Part shown: positions 16,545 through 26,647 of the stretch, in pieces
Numbering within the stretch: position 1 is the stretch's first letter
Layout: each line of letters starts with the position of its first letter
From: an uncultured virus (IMG/VR IMGVR_UViG_3300025949_000021)
Taxonomy: Duplodnaviria; Heunggongvirae; Uroviricota; Caudoviricetes
Reading direction: 5' to 3' (one strand)
IMG/VR virus record: IMGVR_UViG_3300025949_000021
DNA: 64,000 nt
The notes under the pieces: model-generated
The model's database searches: none
What the model was told of the DNA's origin: nothing
The model's input: the letters and a program-made list of their open reading frames with translations, nothing else
Made by a program: the position numbers and the translations under genes

Positions 16545-16870
16545 TGCCAATCTATCTCATGCATTGTGATTCCTGCCATGCCGAACAGGATTTGTATCGC
16601 TCTGTTGCCAAGATGGACGAAGACTTGCCTCATTGCTGTGGTGAACAGATGCGCCGTAAGATTTGCGCGCCTTACGTTGTAGCAGATATTCAACCATATA
16701 AAAGCATGGCAACAGGCGAAATGATTACCTCTCGCTCCAAGCATAAACAGCATTTGCGTGATCATGGATTAGTGGAGATTGGCAACGAAACGCCAAAACA
16801 AAAGGCTATTGAGAAGCCGCGAGACATAAAGAAGGATTTGCACGAAGTTATGGCCGGTTACGGTCTTTAA
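16544..16870 (+). CDS. FmdB-like zinc-ribbon protein
   Basis: MPIY..HCDSC...CCG..MRR. Confidence 0.75.
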   Translation: MPIYLMHCDSCHAEQDLYRSVAKMDEDLPHCCGEQMRRKICAPYVVADIQPYKSMATGEMITSRSKHKQHLRDHGLVEIGNETPKQKAIEKPRDIKKDLHEVMAGYGL

Positions 16871-17668
16871 TCAACCCCAAGGAGGCCGAATGGCAACCCA
16901 AGACGATCTGCGGGGGGAATTGGAAAGCGTTTTTGATGCTGCTCCTGCCCCTGCTCAAGAAGTTGAACAGCCAGTAGTTGAAACAACATCAGAAACACAA
17001 GCTGAGACAGAAGCGCGCCAGCGTGACGAATCAGGCCGATTCAAAGCGAAAGATGCATCTGTCCAAGATCCTTCCGTACAAAATGCAGCGGCTGAACAAA
17101 CAGCAGCAGCACTAGAAACAAAGCCAGAAGAAAAGCAGATTGATATTACCCGCGCTCCTTCTAGCTGGAAGAAAGAGACAGCGGAATTGTTCGCCACTCT
17201 TCCTCCTGATGTGCAAGCTGAAATTCATCGCCGTGAAACAGACTTCCATAAAGGCTACGGCAAACAGTTTGAGGAAAGCCCTGCATACAAGCAAATGGCT
17301 CCTTTGGCTGAGGCTGGTTCTCGTTTTACTCAAATTGCCGAACAATACAAGGAAAATTATAAGCAATTCGGGATTACTGGAGAACAGGCAATCGGAGAGT
17401 TATTCAAAATGGATAACGATCTAAAAAATGCGCCTCCAGCAGTAAAGTTTGAAAAGTTTATGGGATTGGCTCGATATTATGGGATCGACCTAAATCAGCA
17501 ATTCGCTCCAGAAGTTGCGCAGATGCAGCAACGTATGTATGAACTTGAGCAACAAAATAAGCAGTATTTAGAAGGACAGCAAACCCGCGAAATGCAAGCT
17601 GTAACCAGCGAGATTCAAAAGTTTGCCGAAGCACCAGGCCATGAACATTTTGACAAAGTTCGTATGCA
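16826..17668. repeat. Apparently identical direct repeat of about 840 bp, copy at about 55467-56309
   Basis: No mismatch seen by eye; shadow-frame ORFs translate identically at offset 38641. Confidence 0.8.
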
Positions 17669-17921
17669 CATGAAAGCCTTGATTGATGGCGGACAGGCAA
17701 ACGACTTGCAAGATGCTTATGATCAAGCAGTTTATGCCAATCCAGAAACACGGAAAGCTTTGCTCGAACAGCAAACCCGTGCGGCACAGGAACAAGCAAA
17801 TGCACATCGTGCGAAATCCGCAGCGGTAGGCGTTAAAGGTTCTTCGCCAGCATCAGGTATGGCCTCTCAGCCTAAGAATTCGTTGCGAGACGAAATCTCG
17901 GCTGCTTTCGAACAATCTTAA
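16890..17921 (+). CDS. Scaffolding protein
   Basis: RDESGRF motif, acidic helical, directly upstream of capsid. Confidence 0.8.
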   Translation: MATQDDLRGELESVFDAAPAPAQEVEQPVVETTSETQAETEARQRDESGRFKAKDASVQDPSVQNAAAEQTAAALETKPEEKQIDITRAPSSWKKETAELFATLPPDVQAEIHRRETDFHKGYGKQFEESPAYKQMAPLAEAGSRFTQIAEQYKENYKQFGITGEQAIGELFKMDNDLKNAPPAVKFEKFMGLARYYGIDLNQQFAPEVAQMQQRMYELEQQNKQYLEGQQTREMQAVTSEIQKFAEAPGHEHFDKVRMHMKALIDGGQANDLQDAYDQAVYANPETRKALLEQQTRAAQEQANAHRAKSAAVGVKGSSPASGMASQPKNSLRDEISAAFEQS

Positions 17922-17932
17922 AGGAGTTTTAA

Positions 17933-18922
17933 ATGGCATCCCCCAATCTGACAGATATTGTCACTACTACGATTCAAAATCGTTCCGGCAAGCTCGCCGA
18001 CAACACATTGAAAAACAATGCGTTGCTTCAATACCTGAACTCGAAAGGCAACGTTAAGCCATTCTCTGGCGGTAACGTGATCCTGCAAGAGTTGATGTAT
18101 AACGATCCAAATACCCAGAATGCAAGCTCGTATTCTGGTTACGATGTGATCGACATTACTCCGAATAGTCCGTTGACAGCGCCACAATATGACATTAAGC
18201 AGTACGCTGCTGCCGTCACTATCTCGGGCCTGGAACAGCTGATGAATTCGGGCAAAGAAGCGATCATTGACTTGCTGGAAGGCCGCATTATGGTCGCCGA
18301 AAAGCAACTGATGAACCAAATCTCTGCTGGTGTTTATTCGGATGGCACAGGCAACGGTGGTAAAGATATTACCGGTCTTGCTGCTGCAATCTCTACCACC
18401 CCGACAACTGGTACTTACGGCGGCATTAACCGTGCGACTTGGACTTTCTGGCGTAACGTTGCATTCTCGGGTGTAACTGATGGTGGCGCACCTGCGAATG
18501 CTTCGAATATCCAGTCGTACATGAACCGCACCATCCTGCAAACTGTTCGTGGTACTGATTCTCCTGATCTGTGCGTTGCGGACAACAACTACTATCGTCT
18601 GTTCTTGGAATCGTTGCAAGCTATCCAGCGAGTGACTACCGAAGAAGATGCCGGTGCAGGCTTCTCCAGCTTGGCATACTTCGGCGCAGGCAAGAAGATG
18701 ATGGTTCGTTTGGATGGCGGTATCGGTGGTTCTATCCCAACAAACCGTATGTACTTCCTGAATACCGATTACATCTTCTTCCGCCCTCACCGTGACCGCA
18801 ACATGGTTCCGATTGGCGGCGATCGTCAGTCGGTCAATCAAGATGCGATTGTCAAGCTGATCGGTTGGGCTGGTAATCTCACCACATCCGGCTCGCAATT
18901 CCAAGCCGTTCTTGGCGCTTAA
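17933..18922 (+). CDS. Major capsid protein
   Basis: 329 aa, strong RBS and codon bias; LADN...NNALL, YGGINRATW family motifs. Confidence 0.9.
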   Translation: MASPNLTDIVTTTIQNRSGKLADNTLKNNALLQYLNSKGNVKPFSGGNVILQELMYNDPNTQNASSYSGYDVIDITPNSPLTAPQYDIKQYAAAVTISGLEQLMNSGKEAIIDLLEGRIMVAEKQLMNQISAGVYSDGTGNGGKDITGLAAAISTTPTTGTYGGINRATWTFWRNVAFSGVTDGGAPANASNIQSYMNRTILQTVRGTDSPDLCVADNNYYRLFLESLQAIQRVTTEEDAGAGFSSLAYFGAGKKMMVRLDGGIGGSIPTNRMYFLNTDYIFFRPHRDRNMVPIGGDRQSVNQDAIVKLIGWAGNLTTSGSQFQAVLGA

Positions 18923-18939
18923 GAAAGAAAGGATAAATC

Positions 18940-19239
18940 ATGGCTGCACCATTTACCTCTACCCCCAAACTTGGGGTTAAACCTCTTGTCACAGTTCTGG
19001 CTACTGATCTGGCTTCGGGCGCTGATAAGCCGCAAGCTCGTCTTGGCGATCAAGTCTGGGCAAGTGATGGCAAACGTTATGTGTACGCACAAGCAAATGC
19101 CTCTATCACTGCTTCTACAGCGGTCTGCACAATCAGCCCTACAACCTTCCTGGTAACTGCTACAGGTGGCGCGTATACTTCTCCTGCGACTGCTATGGTC
19201 ACTGGTGATCAAGGTTGGTTCTCCGCTGCTTCTGTCTAA
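18940..19239 (+). CDS. Putative capsid decoration protein
   Basis: Follows capsid; DG.RYVYAQA motif. Confidence 0.65.
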   Translation: MAAPFTSTPKLGVKPLVTVLATDLASGADKPQARLGDQVWASDGKRYVYAQANASITASTAVCTISPTTFLVTATGGAYTSPATAMVTGDQGWFSAASV

Positions 19240-19248
19240 GGAGATACT

Positions 19249-19635
19249 ATGCCCGGCCTAATCAAAACATTGATGGGCAGTGGCTTTTCTGGTCAACAAG
19301 CAATCGCCTTGAATGGGTATAGCACTGCTGGCGCAACCGCCACAGGCTCTACCCAAGGTACTGCTTACGCGATTCAGACAGAGTTCACTGAATTTACAAC
19401 TGTAGCAGCATCGACCGGGGCAATCCTCCCGGCATCGACTGCTACTTCTGGCATTGTGGGAGGTGATAGCTTCTTTATCGCTAACCAAGGTGCAAATGCT
19501 TTGTCGGTATATCCACCTACTGGCGGTTCTATCGGCTTGGCAGCAACAAATACAGCAGTCTCGGTCGCTTCCGGCAAGACTGCTTATTTCGTAGCCAAGG
19601 GTAACGGCGTTTATTACGCTGTCCTGTCGGCTTAA
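19249..19635 (+). CDS. Putative virion decoration protein
   Basis: A/T/G-rich; N.GANALSVYP motif. Confidence 0.65.
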   Translation: MPGLIKTLMGSGFSGQQAIALNGYSTAGATATGSTQGTAYAIQTEFTEFTTVAASTGAILPASTATSGIVGGDSFFIANQGANALSVYPPTGGSIGLAATNTAVSVASGKTAYFVAKGNGVYYAVLSA

Positions 19636-19640
19636 TCAAA

Positions 19641-19668
19641 AGTCCCCCTTAAATGGGGGATTCTTTCT
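19641..19668 (+). terminator. Intrinsic terminator after the capsid cluster
   Basis: tccccc-ttaaat-ggggga plus T-rich tail. Confidence 0.6.
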
Positions 19669-19679
19669 AGGAGAAATCA

Positions 19680-20246
19680 GTGGACAACTTCACTGCTGAA
19701 CGTCAGAACGATTCCGTATTGACCGTACATTTTTACACCGATGCCATCAAGAATGGTGTTGAGAGCGATGCCGCTGGCCGTCCAGTATTCATGGACGTTG
19801 AAATGGTGCGTATCCTTGTCCCAGGAGACAATAAGCTCGTCATTGACACGAAAGTCGATGAAACGCACAAGTTCCGCTTCCCTCGTCAATACAAAGCTTT
19901 CAAAGAAGGTTTGACCACACAAGTTCGCGGTTGGATCTTGAAGGAATGGCCTGCTGTTACAGCTTCTCAAGTGAAAGAGCTTAACTATCATGAGGTTCAT
20001 ACAGTAGAGCAACTGTCGAATCTCTCTGATGCATCTGTTCATGCTCTCGGAATGGGCATGTATGAACTGCGCACAAAGGCTAAGGCAGCTCTTGAGGCTG
20101 CTGCCGGGAATGCAGAGAATGAAGCGCGTGCTTTGCGCGAAAAACATCTGCAAGAGGAATTGGACAGTATGAAGGCTCAACTCGCAGCCTTGAATACTGC
20201 TGCACTTGATAACAAACGCGGTCCAGGCCGTCCGAAAGCTGAATAA
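19680..20246 (+). CDS. Conserved head-region phage protein
   Basis: GTG start with AGGAG; homologue 58316-58891. Confidence 0.8.
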   Translation: MDNFTAERQNDSVLTVHFYTDAIKNGVESDAAGRPVFMDVEMVRILVPGDNKLVIDTKVDETHKFRFPRQYKAFKEGLTTQVRGWILKEWPAVTASQVKELNYHEVHTVEQLSNLSDASVHALGMGMYELRTKAKAALEAAAGNAENEARALREKHLQEELDSMKAQLAALNTAALDNKRGPGRPKAE

Positions 20247-21155
20247 ATGAGCATAACCCTCCTGCAACTTATCCAGCAGACATGCCAAGAATTGGCGCTT
20301 GATTCGCCTTCTCTTGTAGTCGGCAGTCAGGACCAGCAAACCGTGCAGTTGTTTGCATTGCTGAACCGCCATGGTCATGACCTCACTCGAAATTTTGAGT
20401 GGGAGAAATTGGATAAGCAATATTTGCTGACGACTGTTGCCTACAATCTTGCAGGTAACACAGTTGCAGGATCGGCCATCATCACGGGAATTCCAAGCAC
20501 GGCGAATCTCTCTGTTAATTTTGGAGTAACGGGCTTAGGTATTAACCCATTTGCTCAAATTCTAAGTATTGATTCCGCTACGCAAGTAACGATGGATCAG
20601 CCTGCAACAATGACTCAGAGTCAGACATTGCAGTTTTCTCAGGTTGGCTATCCACTTCCTAGTGACTGGCTAAAGCAAATTCCGCAAACAGAGTGGGATC
20701 GTACAAATAGATGGCCTCTGATGGGGCCTAAATCGCCGCAGGAGTGGCAATCTTATAAATCTGGTGTCGTATATGCTGGCCCACGCGAACGCTTCCGTAT
20801 TCAGGCTAACGCGATCCAGATTAGCCCGCCACCTCCTAATGCTTTGATCTTTGCCTACGAGTATATTTCAGCTAATTGGGCATATAGCGCAACTAATGTA
20901 GGAAAACCTTATTTCACTGCGGATACTGATACTTGCATTTACGATGACTCTCTTATGGTCGCCGGTCTAAAACTTAGATGGATGCAAGCTAAAGGCTTAG
21001 ATTATTCGTTTAATGCTGCTGAATATGGCGCATTGCTTCAAGCGTGTATGGCCCAAGACAAGAGCGCACCTAAGCTTAGCCTATCCCCAGTATTTGGTGA
21101 AATCCTCATGACAGAATGGAACGTGCAGGATGGAAATTGGCCGGGCGGTAACTAA
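20247..21155 (+). CDS. Head-tail adaptor (tail tubular A-like)
   Basis: TLLQLIQQ.C.EL N-terminus, YPLPSDW; position. Confidence 0.7.
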   Translation: MSITLLQLIQQTCQELALDSPSLVVGSQDQQTVQLFALLNRHGHDLTRNFEWEKLDKQYLLTTVAYNLAGNTVAGSAIITGIPSTANLSVNFGVTGLGINPFAQILSIDSATQVTMDQPATMTQSQTLQFSQVGYPLPSDWLKQIPQTEWDRTNRWPLMGPKSPQEWQSYKSGVVYAGPRERFRIQANAIQISPPPPNALIFAYEYISANWAYSATNVGKPYFTADTDTCIYDDSLMVAGLKLRWMQAKGLDYSFNAAEYGALLQACMAQDKSAPKLSLSPVFGEILMTEWNVQDGNWPGGN

Positions 21156-22675
21156 TGGCAACAGCATCTAAGAATCTCCCCGCTCCGGTAGGTGGCCTTA
21201 ATGACCGAGATTCATTGCAGGATATGCCGCCACAGGATGCGGTTATTCTTGAAAACTGGTTTCCTTATCCTTCTCAAGTCGGCATCCGAAAGGGCTGTAC
21301 AAATTGGGCAACTGGCTTTTCATCTACTGTCGAAACGGTTGTTGATTATGCGCCCCCAACAGGAAATATTAAGCTGTTCGCTGCTTCGGCTGGAAATATC
21401 TACGATGTAACATCCTCTGGTGCAATTGGTGCACCTGTTGTTACAGGACAGATTGGCAATCGCTGGCAAGATGCGGCGATTACAACGCCAGGAGGTAATT
21501 TTCTTTACCTCTTCAATGGAGTTGATAAGCCGCAACTTTATAACGGCACAACATGGACCGCAATTGATGGAGCGAGCACGCCAGCGATTACAGGTGTCAC
21601 TACTACACTTCTAGTTCAAGGCTGCTTATTTAAAAATCGTCTTTGGATGGTAGAAACCAATGCATTGCGAGCTTGGTATCTACCGGTCAATTCGATTGGA
21701 GGCGCAGCAAATCAATTTGATCTTGGTTCGGTATTTAGAAAAGGCGGTTATTTAGTAGCCATTTCTGCTTGGACCATTGATGCAGGTGACGGTGCAGATG
21801 ACCATTTGGTTTTTGTATCATCAAATGGCGAGTTTGCTGTTTATAGCGGAACTGATCCATCAACAGCAGCTACATTCCAGCTTGTCGGTGTTTATACAAT
21901 TGGCCGTCCTATTGGTCGCCGTTGCTGCACTAAATTAGCAGGCGATATTCTAGTGATGACAGAAGAGGGGCTATACCCTTTAAGTAAAGGTCTTCTCTCA
22001 GCATCTATTGATAAGCGTGTTTCTATTACAGACAAAATACAGAATGGCATTTCTGCCGCTGTAACGCAATACAAGAACAATTTCGGATGGGTTCCTCTTC
22101 TGTTCAACAGCTTGAATATGGTGATTCTAAATGTACCAGCAGGTAATGGGCAGAATTTCCAATATGTACAAAATACGATTACCGGAGCCTGGGCAAAATT
22201 CACGGCATGGAACGCTAGTAGTTGGCGCGATACATCTGCCGGTTTGTACTATGGCAATCAAAATTCTGTCCAGTTAGCTTGGGTAGGATCAACTGACAAT
22301 AGTTCGCAGATTGTTGCTGATGCGCTCCCATCGTTCCAAACTTTCGGTTCGAGCGCGCAGCGAAAATACTTCACAATGGTAAAGCCGTATCTAACAACTA
22401 CTGGCATTCCATCAATTGTGTACGGTCTCAATATTGATTACATGATTTCAGATGTGACAGGCGCTTTTACCTATACGCCGCCTTCTGGCATGATTTGGGG
22501 TCAAATGTTTTGGGGCTCGATGTTTTGGGGTGGTGGTCAACGGTCTTTTACAAGTTGGAAAACCGTTGGTGATTGGGCTCAATCAGCAGCTTTGCGAATT
22601 AAAGTCCAAGGGAATGCAGGGGATGTTTACTGGCAAGCGACAGATTATCTTTATCAGAAGGGCGGGATTCTTTAA
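21155..22675 (+). CDS. Tail nozzle/stabilisation protein (P22 gp10-like)
   Basis: LPAPVGGLN.RD start; beta-rich 506 aa. Confidence 0.75.
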   Translation: MATASKNLPAPVGGLNDRDSLQDMPPQDAVILENWFPYPSQVGIRKGCTNWATGFSSTVETVVDYAPPTGNIKLFAASAGNIYDVTSSGAIGAPVVTGQIGNRWQDAAITTPGGNFLYLFNGVDKPQLYNGTTWTAIDGASTPAITGVTTTLLVQGCLFKNRLWMVETNALRAWYLPVNSIGGAANQFDLGSVFRKGGYLVAISAWTIDAGDGADDHLVFVSSNGEFAVYSGTDPSTAATFQLVGVYTIGRPIGRRCCTKLAGDILVMTEEGLYPLSKGLLSASIDKRVSITDKIQNGISAAVTQYKNNFGWVPLLFNSLNMVILNVPAGNGQNFQYVQNTITGAWAKFTAWNASSWRDTSAGLYYGNQNSVQLAWVGSTDNSSQIVADALPSFQTFGSSAQRKYFTMVKPYLTTTGIPSIVYGLNIDYMISDVTGAFTYTPPSGMIWGQMFWGSMFWGGGQRSFTSWKTVGDWAQSAALRIKVQGNAGDVYWQATDYLYQKGGIL

Positions 22676-23088
22676 TGGTTATCATAGAACAGCATCCAGC
22701 TTTCTACGAATTCATTAACCATATCTTGAAAGTAAAATTTACTCCTGAAAATGCAAAAGTTATCGCTTCTGTAACACAAGATTGTCAGATAATGGGGGTA
22801 ACAGCATTTTCACGATTTTCTGAACACAATTGTGAGTTGAGTGTAGCTAGTTCTACCCCTCGCTTCATGACTAAAGAGTATTTACGGGCTGTATTTCATT
22901 ATCCGTTCATAACGTGCGGTAAGCGAAGAATCACGGCAATTATTGAAGACGACAATCATCAGGCTCAAGAAATTGACAGGCGACTAGGTTTTGTCTATGA
23001 GGCCACATTGAAGCATTGGTATGGCGAAAAAGATGGAATCGTAATGCGCATGTTGAATGATGAATGCACTTGGATCAAGGATAAATAA
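22675..23088 (+). CDS. GNAT-fold acetyltransferase-like protein
   Basis: RRITA.I...N......RRLGF..E..L pattern; typical podovirus position. Confidence 0.75.
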   Translation: MVIIEQHPAFYEFINHILKVKFTPENAKVIASVTQDCQIMGVTAFSRFSEHNCELSVASSTPRFMTKEYLRAVFHYPFITCGKRRITAIIEDDNHQAQEIDRRLGFVYEATLKHWYGEKDGIVMRMLNDECTWIKDK

Positions 23089-23948
23089 TGCGATTGCTTA
23101 ATCGAGACGGATACGACGCTACAGGCCGTCGCTTATATTACAAAGATGCCCCAGATCCCGCCCCTGCTCCAGATTATAAAGGCGCTGCGGAACAAACTGC
23201 TCAGGGGAATATTGAGGCGGCGCGAGCAGCAGCAAAAGCAAACCGTGTAAATACATATACTCCATATGGAAGCATCACTTATGCTCAGCCAAATTCTAGC
23301 GATCCTGACCAATGGAGCGCCAATGTCACGCTTGACCCTACACAGCAAAAACTGCTCGATCAGCAAAACCTAACAAGTTTGAATCTGGCTGGCTTGCAAA
23401 ACTCGGCATATGGGCGGGTTAATGATGCATTGAATGCTCCATATGCAGCGACATATGACCCAACTAAGGCAACCAATACAGCGTATGAATCGCTGATGAC
23501 ACGCCTGAATCCCCAGTATGAACAACAGCAATCCCAATTGGACCAGCGCCTGGCAAATCAAGGCATTACCTTGGGTTCGGAGGCTTGGCGAAATGCTCAA
23601 AATCAATTTGGTCAAACCAGAAACGATGCGCAAACACAAGCAGCTTTACAAGCTATTAATCTTGGAATGCAACAACAGCAACAACAATACGGCCAAGAAT
23701 CCACTAATCGTAATAATCCTCTAAATGAATTGAATGCAATTCGTACAGGATCACAAGTTACAAACCCATCGCAGATTAATGTTGCGCAACAAGGCCAAAC
23801 CGCAGGCGCGAACTATCTTGGAGCGGCACAAGGTCAAGCAGGATACGATCAAAGCATTTACAACGCTGGTGTAGGTAGCGCAAATGCAGGGAACTCGGCA
23901 ACGGCTGGCCTAGCTGGCGCAGCAATCGGCGCGGCGGCTTTGTTCTGA
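23088..23948 (+). CDS. Internal virion/ejection protein with N-terminal leader
   Basis: PAPAPDY.GAA..TA..N...NRVN.YTPYG; Gln/Ala-rich; hydrophobic C-terminus. Confidence 0.75.
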   Translation: MRLLNRDGYDATGRRLYYKDAPDPAPAPDYKGAAEQTAQGNIEAARAAAKANRVNTYTPYGSITYAQPNSSDPDQWSANVTLDPTQQKLLDQQNLTSLNLAGLQNSAYGRVNDALNAPYAATYDPTKATNTAYESLMTRLNPQYEQQQSQLDQRLANQGITLGSEAWRNAQNQFGQTRNDAQTQAALQAINLGMQQQQQQYGQESTNRNNPLNELNAIRTGSQVTNPSQINVAQQGQTAGANYLGAAQGQAGYDQSIYNAGVGSANAGNSATAGLAGAAIGAAALF

Positions 23949-24592
23949 TGGACATTGATTTAATTGATGCTTTAACTCCAGCAATGGTTAATGCAGGACA
24001 TAGGGTTCTGCAAATCCATCGTTTTGCACAATCAGATGTTGAGCATGTAAGGCGCTTGGAAAGATGGGCCGATTTTCCCCTTAATTCAAATGTGATCGAC
24101 TTGGGTAGTGGAACAGGCGAAGTTGCCAGAATATTGCAAAGAAAACGCCCTGATTTATTTTTCACACTGGTAAACATCAGCGAAGTTCAGCTTAGATACT
24201 CACCTAAAAACTGCAAATGGATTCATGGTGATTTTTTAAAAGTTAATGAAAGATCAGGCTTATATGATGGAGCGATGTTTTGTTTCTCTATCGGCCATGA
24301 AGATCATTCGCAAGCATTGAAAGAAGCCGCTAGGTTGCTCAGAATTGGAGGCGTTCTTTTCATCTATGACATGGTAAGGATAAGTGGATCTAATGAATCA
24401 ATGGAGTCAGTGGAATACACCGTTTTAAGCAGGAATGAACTTGAACAAATAGCCATTGAAAGCGGACTTAAACTAGATCTTTACATAGAACCTAAAGACT
24501 CTGGTGAATATGGAAAATCAGTTCTTGGGGAAGATTATGATTCAGTGTTTGACGGTACAATTCCTGCTATTTGGAGAATGATTAAATGCTAA
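23948..24592 (+). CDS. Class I SAM-dependent methyltransferase
   Basis: VIDLGSGTG, GDF, EAARLLR.GG.LFIYD motifs. Confidence 0.9.
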   Translation: MDIDLIDALTPAMVNAGHRVLQIHRFAQSDVEHVRRLERWADFPLNSNVIDLGSGTGEVARILQRKRPDLFFTLVNISEVQLRYSPKNCKWIHGDFLKVNERSGLYDGAMFCFSIGHEDHSQALKEAARLLRIGGVLFIYDMVRISGSNESMESVEYTVLSRNELEQIAIESGLKLDLYIEPKDSGEYGKSVLGEDYDSVFDGTIPAIWRMIKC

Positions 24593-25281
24593 AGAAAGCA
24601 TTGCAGTTCTCAGGCGGGAAAGACTCTCTTGCATGCCTCTATTTGCTGGAACCTATTTGGAATGAGTTACTAGTGGTTTGGGGAAACACTGGCGCAGCCT
24701 ATCAGGAAACTATTGAGTTGATGGAGAAAGTTAAAAATCTCGTTCCACACTTTCAAGAAGTGAAAAGCGATCAACCATCTTACATTGAAAGCTACGGTTT
24801 CCCTTCTGATGTTTTGGCAATTCGCAATACAAATTTCGGTCATATAGTGCATGGTACAGAAGGCAGAAAATTTACCGATTATCTATCGTGCTGCAATGCG
24901 AATATCTGGCAACCACTTGCTAAAGCATGTGAAGGGATGGAAGTAATCTATCGCGGTCAGCGGTCAGAAGATGAAAAAAAAGGCCCAGTAAAAAGCGGAG
25001 ATGTGATCAATGGAATTCAATACATTTTCCCCATAGAAAACTGGTCAACGGAACAGGTTAAAAAATATCTCGGTGAAAAACTTCCTGAGTATTATTCGCA
25101 AGAAAAATCATCCCATGATTGCTGGAGCTGCACAGCATATTTAGAAGATAATCTGGAGCGCATTTCCAAGCTTCCGAACGAGAAAAAAGAGTATGTCGAA
25201 TCAGTGTTGATCGACATGCGCGATGCGATTAAACAAGACTTAAACCAATTGGATGAGGTAATAAATGGCATTCACTACTAA
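24586..25281 (+). CDS. PAPS/APS-reductase-family PP-loop protein with CC...CxxC
   Basis: FSGGKDS, NTG, CC, RGQR.E, FPI.NW, DCWSC. Confidence 0.9.
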   Translation: MLKKALQFSGGKDSLACLYLLEPIWNELLVVWGNTGAAYQETIELMEKVKNLVPHFQEVKSDQPSYIESYGFPSDVLAIRNTNFGHIVHGTEGRKFTDYLSCCNANIWQPLAKACEGMEVIYRGQRSEDEKKGPVKSGDVINGIQYIFPIENWSTEQVKKYLGEKLPEYYSQEKSSHDCWSCTAYLEDNLERISKLPNEKKEYVESVLIDMRDAIKQDLNQLDEVINGIHY

Positions 25282-26647
25282 TACCGCAAGTTTTGGGTCT
25301 GGTGATATCGCAACGGAACAAGCACAGCTAACGCGTCAACAACAACTTGCTCAGGCTTTAGCGCAACAAGCACAAGCCCCATTGCAGTCTCAGCCGACTC
25401 CGCCTGGAGGTTATGCAATACCAATTGGTAAAGGCGAAGTCTGGGGGAAAATCGGTCAGGCATTGGCATCGGCCTATGCAACAAAAGCAACCGCTGATAA
25501 AGAAAAAGATTTTAATCAGAATAAACAGGCAAAAATTGCCGAGGCGCTTGGAAACTATGACAAATTGCGCACAGGTACACCGGCGCAAGACGTAAATATC
25601 TATGGCACAGAGCCAGATCAACCGACACAAGGAGCGATGCCAGCAGTAGCGCCTAACCCTCGCGGCGCATCTCTTGGTTTGATTAGTTCCGGCGTCCCTG
25701 AATTGCAGCAATTCGGCATGCAGTCTTTCTTGGCGCAAAAGGGTCCAGAATCCTTGTTCGATAAAATTGCCCCTAAAGATTACACGCCTCAAAGTGTGCA
25801 GAAATTTGTTCAAACCCAAAATCCAGCGGATCTTGTGGCTGTCAGAAAGCAAGAATTCCTTAATACTGGTGGCGGTCACGTCGCCGTAGACCCTTATGCT
25901 TCGACGCCTGGGCAAGTAATACAAAATACAGGAAGCCCAGCAAAAGACCTTCTTATTCAAGATACTCAAGGTAATTGGGTCGCCAATACTCCATTGGTTG
26001 CAGTTAAGAAGGATATCGCAAAGTCTGGAGCTACAAATGTTCAAGTTAAGACAGATGTGAAAACTGGTGAAAGCCTAGCATCTCAAGTTGGGCCAATGAT
26101 GAAAGAATCTACTTTGGCGGCTGAGGGTGCGGTAAAACAAGCACAGGCAGCAGACCAAATTCTGGGGGCATTGAGTGGACCTGCTTATACAGGGCCCGGC
26201 GCAAATGTTCGCCTAAAAGGTGCACAAATCGCCGATACACTTGGCGTTGGCGGTAAGGATACAGCTGAAAAGATCGCAAATACTCGCACAGCATTGCAAA
26301 ATCTGTCGCAATTGACTTTGCAAGGTCGCCAACAAATGCGCGGTCAGGGTGCTATTACAGAAGGCGAAAGCGCACTTGCTCAACGTGCGGTGTCTGGCGA
26401 TATTGATTTGACTGCTAACGAAATCAAGCAATTGGCAAATGCGGCTAAACGTGCAGCGGCATTCCAATATCAGGAGCATCAACGCAAGTTGCAGGTCATG
26501 CAGAATAATCCTAATTTGAGCGGCATTGCGCCGTTCTATCAAGGTCCAGCTATGCAAGATTCCGTACCAGCACAACAGCCTGTACAAGCGCCGCAAGCAC
26601 TTGCAAAACGTCTTGTTTATGATCCAGCTACAGGGAGTTTCCGCTAA
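25265..26647 (+). CDS. Internal virion/ejection protein
   Basis: Gln/Ala-rich, GAITEGE motif, position. Confidence 0.7.
   Translation: MAFTTNTASFGSGDIATEQAQLTRQQQLAQALAQQAQAPLQSQPTPPGGYAIPIGKGEVWGKIGQALASAYATKATADKEKDFNQNKQAKIAEALGNYDKLRTGTPAQDVNIYGTEPDQPTQGAMPAVAPNPRGASLGLISSGVPELQQFGMQSFLAQKGPESLFDKIAPKDYTPQSVQKFVQTQNPADLVAVRKQEFLNTGGGHVAVDPYASTPGQVIQNTGSPAKDLLIQDTQGNWVANTPLVAVKKDIAKSGATNVQVKTDVKTGESLASQVGPMMKESTLAAEGAVKQAQAADQILGALSGPAYTGPGANVRLKGAQIADTLGVGGKDTAEKIANTRTALQNLSQLTLQGRQQMRGQGAITEGESALAQRAVSGDIDLTANEIKQLANAAKRAAAFQYQEHQRKLQVMQNNPNLSGIAPFYQGPAMQDSVPAQQPVQAPQALAKRLVYDPATGSFR

Noticed and set aside
17918..18904. 328-aa antisense ORF over the capsid gene
   Set aside because: Codon-bias shadow; broken into pieces in unit 2
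24586..25281. Calling this cysH (sulfate assimilation) or dndC
   Set aside because: No other cys, dnd or ssp genes; only family-level motifs are supported
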